Positions 58,501 to 64,000 of a stretch of 64,000 nt of DNA are shown here, piece after piece. Both the position numbers and the translations under genes were made by a program. The stretch's first letter is position 1, and every line of letters starts with the position of its first letter. The notes beneath the pieces are model-generated. The model was given only the letters and a program-made list of their open reading frames with translations, did no database searches and was not told where the DNA came from. Location of the stretch: the IMG/VR virus record IMGVR_UViG_3300025141_014349; one strand, 5' to 3'. Source of the stretch: an uncultured virus (IMG/VR IMGVR_UViG_3300025141_014349) (taxonomy: Duplodnaviria > Heunggongvirae > Uroviricota > Caudoviricetes).

Positions 58501-58930
58501 TGTAAAATATGATGATATTGATCCTTTTATTGCATATTTTCTAGAGTTTGAACATACATTGGACCAAAAGGAATTGACTGATATCTGGCAGGGCGTCATG
58601 CCCGACTCGGCACTAAAGATTGAAAAGGATGAGGTTATGATTTCCCATGATGTTGGTAAGTTTGATTTCTTTGGAGGGATTTTTGATCCAACAGTTTTTA
58701 GTAAAATAAAATTCTTTATTTTCAAAGTTAAAAGAAAGGCAAAGCATAACTACTATGAGATAACTAAAGATTCTACTGATGATTCGAGATTCAACTTTGT
58801 ATTTTCCGGAGATCCTACACAGGCGGCAATCCCGCTACAAGGAAGTTACAATTGGCCATACGATTTCTTCTCTTTAGTAGAGGGCGCGAAAATAGAAGCA
58901 AAGTTTACTTTGAGAAATAAAACTGGTTAG
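52559..58930 (+). CDS. Large virion protein with 7-blade FG-GAP beta-propeller
   Basis: Seven FG..V...VGA...GAAY(L/V)(F/Y) repeats at about 56200-57430. Confidence 0.75.
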   Translation: MTRNKRLYNSLELPFNIYSSSAENAYLSSSFQGFDITNLHEDTYGGIKDAPMQGPFAYKYVGGNQHRHVALNPGSDNIANRPELFRIDFNSLGGIKVVGQDSGSTSYPRAPYTRDGLAKRPLNLANIQQRTGSTIIGNYTHDYEVVQTVGRTSNNRAFIEASGVGFIGDPSLPHSGALVTQFVSGARSTQRALPPMNVSGTNSFVFVNRFNAPGGTDVSSRGVLDTYAEEYAPNNAMPWRNRSVRSVLRSDLTRYTPKATDIPPQTPTLYHTTNRNPKRIFYKPTISTQSFDNGFVTHAIPQCSLQYAWIKASAITTKLELPGYENSSSVPYGPYTDITFVQSGAYDRGDFVGISGTMIDKSQIEIQTPLGSTNFLSRSSATFLNAYNGPYQYPSWQQVRNLYNPVVRQLVKESILSLADVPPLKVNSIGNQVRALRGGVTNFKEPVVSNNSFALNHGLRARPDPNIGNFVTSSLTYTYNNNLSSFTNPKIRNRLGMHISDAGSPYDNLSSLYLVDSTNNDESNSYAMFLSLEYSQVLYPATLNAFLNETRTRTEYAEVSGTGSNGYDRIFGHQRTFFKEVPASGDLTGLIRTAGVAPNSQGYAGIAGAEGPNTRRSFPFTSQFDSYIFDKDAQSGIQSALYAGCGSGGTDPGAYCFSFGNVTDISVPIRYLRWKSAQAVNTSTGSGDGTIVVEFTVMRGDHSEYPALAYPDGAEDNLYVQYKHLPSGSWTNMEYGGTITAADCSNVGLCTPVTASISASTMFTETDLFEIRIAMTNFQGHQFDHYAIGDLYLSSRFATQWVDCLNFDPMATDGIRSFPESGSYRSVLGELMGDTEKSMFGASGEAQPSMAFNELYYLSNASGNLEVYSDYTERLTQQIANKNSWYNTYEKYASDLRTMDKSISILPEFKISDFIDYYLIERGGNFRVKNHKFLSLPGASITSSADTEDSPISADFVSRYVDSSKADKFSKISREHKEVAAISRVELSCKGIKKLLPYNGFYPADRTLQLGNLLSQSVSPHIAGKGENSTSTFFDQGLQGLLKPLVSPGILYNSIKSGIAVDYPIYTGSVPGLVAGTDAPSDFRLSSGSNYRLPFDSLLNLKGALPEGEDKPVRLVSSFSTFDDSISTEDLFQYSFTWDGEKSPLFELGMHNFLAETVDFFLEDGQLTSYKSQVQPTDGWVFESNKTYYMDVVLRDTVEMSRFVEYSGSKTVRENLKFGANDGAQYDAFGNETQVITGSPGSGLFSIVGARYNGEVGYKAGAAYVFQNALDTRGWRQLHKLTASDGASQTEAFFGNAVGLVSGTNEFHYLVGARRDDDVGEDAGAAYLYHSTSAGVTELKITASDGDESEEYGYSVSITSSSNGIYFVVGAPRQRDTTGTDYGGAYLYHSTSAGMTEYILEPSAEENNDAFGSDVSVVSSSNGVYVLVGSYGKNESVSDQGAAYLYHSTSAAVTEQKLTASSPTGVKYFGVSVSLASGSNDDGIYALIGANYGDGPATDCGEAYLFHSTSVGVTEQILTASDGQLGDRFGHSVSIASGSDGIFCLVGAIYEDTPASKAGALYLFHSTSAGIAVQLLENDDRRKNNELGWGTSLISSSDSLYAQAGTYNGDFNASGSGAAYVFAGSFGSLSQFIPHSGTQFDYKQHGKLFGMAISEEYVTRTGSNYQTLTCQANSQDPAYISYTPPYFYGESVARISFSPGILGPISFTLDEIFERVKVENILTPDSNRMATLFGIKNSITSLQNENRMPLSASANMFGRFYKPGVTYDPQSGEATSIDDNIDTKPAWVISTRFESPVLDVSSSKYNELYTAHNPAMTATYGWEGDGASHIRHNPRSMWTSYGDVPQGTKGVYFEIRESYPSELNQDSSTTASLLQTCGFTIPEQGKSKIGKVRENKVISEAIVALPYLDNDEASVPTTFIDGKYFIKINKAMFSYQKLNIQSSKPAVLSVNNDDLGDIQTTTISDMIMSMTKYVMPPHMDFVKYDDIDPFIAYFLEFEHTLDQKELTDIWQGVMPDSALKIEKDEVMISHDVGKFDFFGGIFDPTVFSKIKFFIFKVKRKAKHNYYEITKDSTDDSRFNFVFSGDPTQAAIPLQGSYNWPYDFFSLVEGAKIEAKFTLRNKTG

Positions 58931-58945
58931 GGGTATTTACTATAA

Positions 58946-60061
58946 ATGACGTTTTTTGATCCCAAAGAAGATGTACTTGATGTCGAATTCACTCAATTCG
59001 GAAAATATTTACTTTCGCAAGGAAAATGGAATCCTTTTTATTATTCTTTCTTCGACGACGATATAGACTACGACGCGCAGTACGGTGGAATTAGTGAAGG
59101 ACAAAACGAAGCACAAGATCGTATTGTTGAAAGTGTCCGACCTCGAACTCAATATGCTTTTGCTGGAATTGAGACTGAAATAAAGAAACAATTGTCTTTG
59201 ATCCCGTGGGGCGCGAGCGAACATGATAGAATAAGTTTGCAACCGACTGCCGATAGAGATTACGCTCTTAGCATGCCGATGGGACGAAGCGACATAGGGA
59301 ATCCAAATTTTCCCGCCTGGTCAGTTACTTTTCTTAACGGCGAACTTGATTCTGTTATACCGTATAGCACCTCGTCTTTAGGGAACATTCCCATTGTCCA
59401 AATGACCGCAGATAATGTAGTCTTCAAGACAGAGGTCAGAAATAAAAATGAAGAAGGCACGATTCGGAAATCTGATTGTACGGAAACATTAGACTTAGCT
59501 AAGAATTTGAATCAAGTTGGAGAGTCGGCACCAGAAGCAGAACCATCCGATTTGATTTTAGCTAATCGAGTATATGAGGATGGTTCTTACATCGGGATTG
59601 ATGAAGACTATGTGTTGTTAGAAATTCTAGAAAAGAACACTCCCTTCGAAGAAGAAAATGTGGATATTCAAGTTTTCAAACATGAGGAGAATACGAAAGG
59701 ACAACCAGTTCTAACTCCTTTGAAATTTTATAAAAAGAAAAAGATGGTTGTAAACGATATCCTTTTAGATGATACAGACGCGGAACTTAATCAGCAAGCA
59801 GAATTGACCCCAGAGTATGTTGAATATTTTTTCAATGTTTGGGTCGATGACGAGATAGATATAGAAACCCTATGCAAAGCAGTCACGGTTAGAGAAACTT
59901 TGGGACTATATGCTCCTCCTATCGATTGCCCCGAGCGCCTCCCCAAAGATCTTGATGCGCCCAGATATGATTGTGATCCTGAGTGCGAAGAGTGTGACGT
60001 ATGTGACGGCCCGTGCTGCGGCGAAGAGGGTCATGTATGTCCTGAGGAGGGAACAGCATGA
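58946..60061 (+). CDS. Hypothetical structural-module protein with Cys-rich tail
   Basis: MTFFDPKEDVLD..FTQFGKYLLSQG; C-terminal CDPECEECDVCDGPCC. Confidence 0.65.
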   Translation: MTFFDPKEDVLDVEFTQFGKYLLSQGKWNPFYYSFFDDDIDYDAQYGGISEGQNEAQDRIVESVRPRTQYAFAGIETEIKKQLSLIPWGASEHDRISLQPTADRDYALSMPMGRSDIGNPNFPAWSVTFLNGELDSVIPYSTSSLGNIPIVQMTADNVVFKTEVRNKNEEGTIRKSDCTETLDLAKNLNQVGESAPEAEPSDLILANRVYEDGSYIGIDEDYVLLEILEKNTPFEEENVDIQVFKHEENTKGQPVLTPLKFYKKKKMVVNDILLDDTDAELNQQAELTPEYVEYFFNVWVDDEIDIETLCKAVTVRETLGLYAPPIDCPERLPKDLDAPRYDCDPECEECDVCDGPCCGEEGHVCPEEGTA

Positions 60062-63000
60062 TACCAATAAGCGCTGTTGAAAGTCTCCTCCCTGCGATCA
60101 AAATAAAGAGCGTCGTCATTGCCGACCCAACTCAAGTTACTGCTGATCCGTCGAGATCAAGAAGAAGAAATGCTATAAAAAAACCTAGTACTTTAGATGT
60201 GAGGGTTAAGGTTTCTGCTATTACCACCGTTGGAACATCCGACCCGGACAACGTGGATTCTCAAGATTTCCTATCTATTCCTAATTTCAAATTCAAAGAG
60301 CACTTGCGAGTCGCTATTATTCAGAGTTCCCATCAGAAAGCAACGTGGTTACTTCAGACGCTGGGGGATGAAATATTAGAATATATCGGTCCTCTTGATC
60401 AGTGGCACGGGAACGCCAAATTTGATGATCTTCTTTATACGAATGTGGTCTCGCGCCTGGGAATTTCAAAAGGCAGAACAGCGGCGTTCAAGTCCTCCTC
60501 CTATGAGGTTCAGACTAAAAAATTATTTGAGCAAATAACTAAACCTATTTTAGAAAAAATCGACGAAGATGGAAACCGCGTCGAGTCTATTCCCATAGAT
60601 TTTTCTTTTACAGTCCCTCAAAAAAATCCCAAGCATTTGGCATACTTTGTTCTTTGTTATATCGATTATGATTCTCTTGCTGAGTCTCTGAAGATTCCAT
60701 CTCAAGATAAATTTATAAATTTAGATTTAAATCCTAGAGACTTTGAGCAACTCGGGTTTTTTGCCACTCCCCTAGAGAATGAAACTGTTTTTGATGATGG
60801 AGCATTGTCTAATGTGACTCATTTTTTTAAGTCCCCCGACAATAAGATATGGACGGGCACCGTTCACAGGACGAAGGGCGGCAAATATATGACAGGGTTA
60901 CGCTCAAGTGCAGACTCGGTGAACTTGACTTCTTTCCAAACGAAGAATGTGAAGATTCAGGATTTCAGGAATAGAGAAGCATTTATGAGAATAAACACTA
61001 TGAGTGATTTTCAGGATGAGCAGGCGGCCTTATTTAATGTTGTAGGAAATTTTGATCCCAAACTAAGAGTTCTAAATCCGAAACTCAGCGCCAAACACCC
61101 TTATGTTAGTGACGCTTTTTTGTCTGTCAATGCAGCCAACACGGTGAAGTTCATGTTTTTGGTAAATATGGATTCCTTGTTTACTTCTAATTCTATGTTT
61201 GGCAAGGTGATAAAAACAAGCAGACCCTCTTTACGGAGAGAAATTCTCTCTAAATCTACTATAAAATCTATGAAGATTTATAGAGAAACTGTTCGGAAAG
61301 TGATAGGGTCCAACGCCTTGGGAGATCCGGCTGAAAAATATTTGGAACAAAATGAGGCGCCCGTTCTAGTTGCTTCCGTCTCTCAACCACGGAACTTCAA
61401 AACAGTAAATAGGACGACTAGCCTAGATGAGGAAACAAAGATGTCCTTTTCTGATCTCCATATCAGAAGTTTCAATGTGGTAGATAGAGATTTTCATGGA
61501 GCATCCAAGGGTCAATATCGGTATAGATTAGAATTGGAAATTTTTGATGGAACCATCGAATATTTTCGAGAACAGGTTTTCAAATTAAGAAGATTTGCCG
61601 ATGTGCTGAAAAACTTCGCCTCGGATATGAACAATTCTCTCGTCCGCCCAGACGAAGAGAGAGATAACCCATATATTGCAGACGCCGCCGTATCCTTATC
61701 TCGCACCAGAGAAGTGGGGGGGTATGATTCGAGGTTTGGTAATCTAACTCCGAACTATGCGATTAAGATGAAGGCGAAATATTCTACCGACATCAGAGAG
61801 GGCATAGATGGTTTTATAAAGATAATGAAGATCTTTATGCATGATAAAAATTTTGATATTGCGGCACAAAGTAGAATTAAAAACTTTTTCATGCTTATTA
61901 CGAACCCCAACACAGTCAACCCCGAGAGTGTTCTGTCAATATTATCGCTCGTTGACCTTACGATTGGTAAAATTTCTTCGTTTATTGGAGAAAATGTTGA
62001 AATTACTGATCCTAAAACCAAGAAATCTGAAAATATAATAGGCGGATCCAATTCATCTGCGGACAGCAAGACCATTACAATAACTAAACAATTTGGTAAT
62101 ATTGCAGATTTGTCCACTTATAATGTGGGAGGGTATGATTACTTATCCCCCAGCATCAGACAAAGTATCGCAGAAGGTCCGGCACAAATTGGATTGAAGT
62201 TTATTAATGGAAGAAGTTATCGTCAAAGGGCGCAATCAGAAACGTTAAGATATTTTTTGACCACTACTCCCAATATTAGCAAAGGGATGACTGGGGGCAA
62301 CCCCCCTCAAAGTTGGTCAGGCGGCGACAGCGCACAAAGCAATTCTCTAACTTTTTTTGCACCATCCATTGTGAAAGTTGATGGATTGGTAGATATCTTA
62401 AACGGGGATAATATCAGAAATAATGAAATGCTTCGAAAACTGGAAGCAAGAATGGCGCTCGCCACAACAGAGAAAGAGAAATCTTACGAGACACCATCGT
62501 TTATGCGCACCACAACGTCCCAACTCAGAGCAAACACCTCCCCGGCCATCGCGTTGCAGGATCAGGTGGATTATTTTGCGACAAATTATAGTCTCATACC
62601 CACCCCTCCCAAATCTATCACCTTGGCAGAGAGGGGAAATACGACCCCCGCCTTGCCGACTGAGGAGGAGGATTTCGATCCATCTCCGCTTGCCCTAACC
62701 GACCCGTCGACCCATCCCGGCGCCCTTTACCAAGAAATGTTTCGTAGAGACGTAAGCAAATCTAAAGAAAAAGATGCTGCAATGTATTTCGGCTCCGGCG
62801 AAGAGAACCAGATTAACTTGTTCAATCTCAACGATACGTCAAACTATCTCCAGCGCGCACCCAGGTCTTCGGTAATGAAATTACCTAATCAAATAAAAGC
62901 GCTCTTTATGGCGGCAACTGGTAATTTTGCCGAGATTAAAACTCGCCCTTTCGTGAAACCAAACATATTTTTGGATCCTAGTCGAGGATCTGCCTCGACT

Positions 63001-64000
63001 ATGCAATATAAAATGCTTGTTAAAGTAGAATATTTGGGAGGGTTCTCCTCCAGCACGCTAACTTCTAAGAAGGCGTTGCTGATGAGTGCACCACAGTGGC
63101 TCCCCCTTACCTCCGGCGCGTTTTCAAAAATGGTAGGAAAAAAACTCCTGTGTCGTCTAAAGAAGTATGAAGTGGGCACATGGGGATTGACCAGACCAGC
63201 GCATATGGATCTTCCTATTTTTGATGAGTATTTTATTTTACAACCAGATGTCTCCTTTACGACCCCCCTCGGCGCAGAGGAAGACATTTCCTCAGAGAGT
63301 TTTTCAGATAATGATATTATTCCAGAGGGGTTTGGAGAGTTAGAAGATACCTTCGCAGGACTCAGGGAGTTCGGAAGGACCAATAGACCGAAGAAGGTGT
63401 ATCGACTTCGTTCAAGCAATTTTAAGAATATCATATCTAAACTAAGAGACTCCAAAGAAACCATTCACAGTGATGTGGTAGCGGATGCTTTCAACTTCAA
63501 TCGTATTGCGGTCGATGCTCACGGAAAGCGTATGTTTGTGGGAAGCGGGAAGATTCCAAAAAATAGTGCAATCGCTAAGAGAATTTCATCTCTTCCAAAA
63601 GATAAAGCTAATCCTTCTTTGTTGGAGGCGATCAAGGGAGGAAAGGGTTCTTCACGAATGGAATTGAAAAGTAATTTTCAAAGTTTTGAATTTGTAGGAC
63701 GACTTCCTCAGTTGAGGGAAAAGTTGGTAGAACTTAGAACTCAATCGAATATCATGAAGCAAAGGAAAGAAACCTTGCAGCAAAGATTAAAAAATTTCAA
63801 CGAGAAGAAGGGGGTGGAATCTAAGAACCTAAGTTCTGTTCGCCCAACTCAAAAAAATAAGAACTCAAGAGACGCTCTTCTAACGAGGATGGGCAAGTAT
63901 GATAATATAATAGACAAGATGACCACTCGCATGAATGGGAGCAACCGCGAGATGAAAAAGTTAGATCGCGAAGAACGAGACACGGTTGCTGCCATAAAAA
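60058..64000 (+). CDS. Large hypothetical protein, over 1300 aa, runs off the window (missing from ORF track)
   Basis: ATG overlaps the upstream TGA; MIPISAVESLLPAIKIK...; frame 1 open in the lines spot-checked and at the window end. Confidence 0.75.
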   Translation, partial: MIPISAVESLLPAIKIKSVVIADPTQVTADPSRSRRRNAIKKPSTLDVRVKVSAITTVGTSDPDNVDSQDFLSIPNFKFKEHLRVAIIQSSHQKATWLLQTLGDEILEYIGPLDQWHGNAKFDDLLYTNVVSRLGISKGRTAAFKSSSYEVQTKKLFEQITKPILEKIDEDGNRVESIPIDFSFTVPQKNPKHLAYFVLCYIDYDSLAESLKIPSQDKFINLDLNPRDFEQLGFFATPLENETVFDDGALSNVTHFFKSPDNKIWTGTVHRTKGGKYMTGLRSSADSVNLTSFQTKNVKIQDFRNREAFMRINTMSDFQDEQAALFNVVGNFDPKLRVLNPKLSAKHPYVSDAFLSVNAANTVKFMFLVNMDSLFTSNSMFGKVIKTSRPSLRREILSKSTIKSMKIYRETVRKVIGSNALGDPAEKYLEQNEAPVLVASVSQPRNFKTVNRTTSLDEETKMSFSDLHIRSFNVVDRDFHGASKGQYRYRLELEIFDGTIEYFREQVFKLRRFADVLKNFASDMNNSLVRPDEERDNPYIADAAVSLSRTREVGGYDSRFGNLTPNYAIKMKAKYSTDIREGIDGFIKIMKIFMHDKNFDIAAQSRIKNFFMLITNPNTVNPESVLSILSLVDLTIGKISSFIGENVEITDPKTKKSENIIGGSNSSADSKTITITKQFGNIADLSTYNVGGYDYLSPSIRQSIAEGPAQIGLKFINGRSYRQRAQSETLRYFLTTTPNISKGMTGGNPPQSWSGGDSAQSNSLTFFAPSIVKVDGLVDILNGDNIRNNEMLRKLEARMALATTEKEKSYETPSFMRTTTSQLRANTSPAIALQDQVDYFATNYSLIPTPPKSITLAERGNTTPALPTEEEDFDPSPLALTDPSTHPGALYQEMFRRDVSKSKEKDAAMYFGSGEENQINLFNLNDTSNYLQRAPRSSVMKLPNQIKALFMAATGNFAEIKTRPFVKPNIFLDPSRGSASTMQYKMLVKVEYLGGFSSSTLTSKKALLMSAPQWLPLTSGAFSKMVGKKLLCRLKKYEVGTWGLTRPAHMDLPIFDEYFILQPDVSFTTPLGAEEDISSESFSDNDIIPEGFGELEDTFAGLREFGRTNRPKKVYRLRSSNFKNIISKLRDSKETIHSDVVADAFNFNRIAVDAHGKRMFVGSGKIPKNSAIAKRISSLPKDKANPSLLEAIKGGKGSSRMELKSNFQSFEFVGRLPQLREKLVELRTQSNIMKQRKETLQQRLKNFNEKKGVESKNLSSVRPTQKNKNSRDALLTRMGKYDNIIDKMTTRMNGSNREMKKLDREERDTVAAIK

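Noticed and set aside
445..63667. Many short minus-strand and nested ORFs in the track
   Set aside because: They are shadows of longer motif-bearing + strand genes and have no recognisable motifs
1..64000. Stop-codon reassignment (alternative genetic code)
   Set aside because: TAG, TGA and TAA all end full-length genes at tight junctions; reading through the TAG near 25640 would not reach the dioxygenase frame

Overview
This window is a gene-dense segment of a large (jumbo-type) contractile-tailed bacteriophage, almost entirely on the + strand and read with genetic code 11. Evidence: gp25-like and gp6/Baseplate-J-like wedge genes, a gp55-like late sigma factor, PIN-PhoH, a Cas4-like nuclease, Shine-Dalgarno sites and near-perfect sigma70 promoters. 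Layout: (1) 1-12 kb holds the end of a tail-fibre chaperone gene, Glu-rich putative head proteins (including a KxDG ligase-like + HxGH nucleotidyltransferase fusion), proteases, PhoH and the nuclease. (2) 12-32.8 kb is an island of about 25 glycan-synthesis genes: GT4, GT4+GT2, GT-A, GT47 exostosin-like, a GT29 sialyltransferase with all four sialylmotifs, NeuA/NeuB, two Gmd, DegT, ATP-grasp, a cysteine-synthase-like enzyme, methyltransferases, a sulfotransferase and an APS kinase cassette. (3) 33-64 kb holds the late sigma factor, an M15 peptidase, baseplate genes and very large virion proteins (LysM-like, LamG, 7-blade FG-GAP), several of which are rich in a [S/T]-[G/A/S]-S motif. The leading hypothesis is a phage-encoded system that puts a sialylated/sulfated glycan on the virion. 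All calls come from recognising motifs by eye; no database searches were run.
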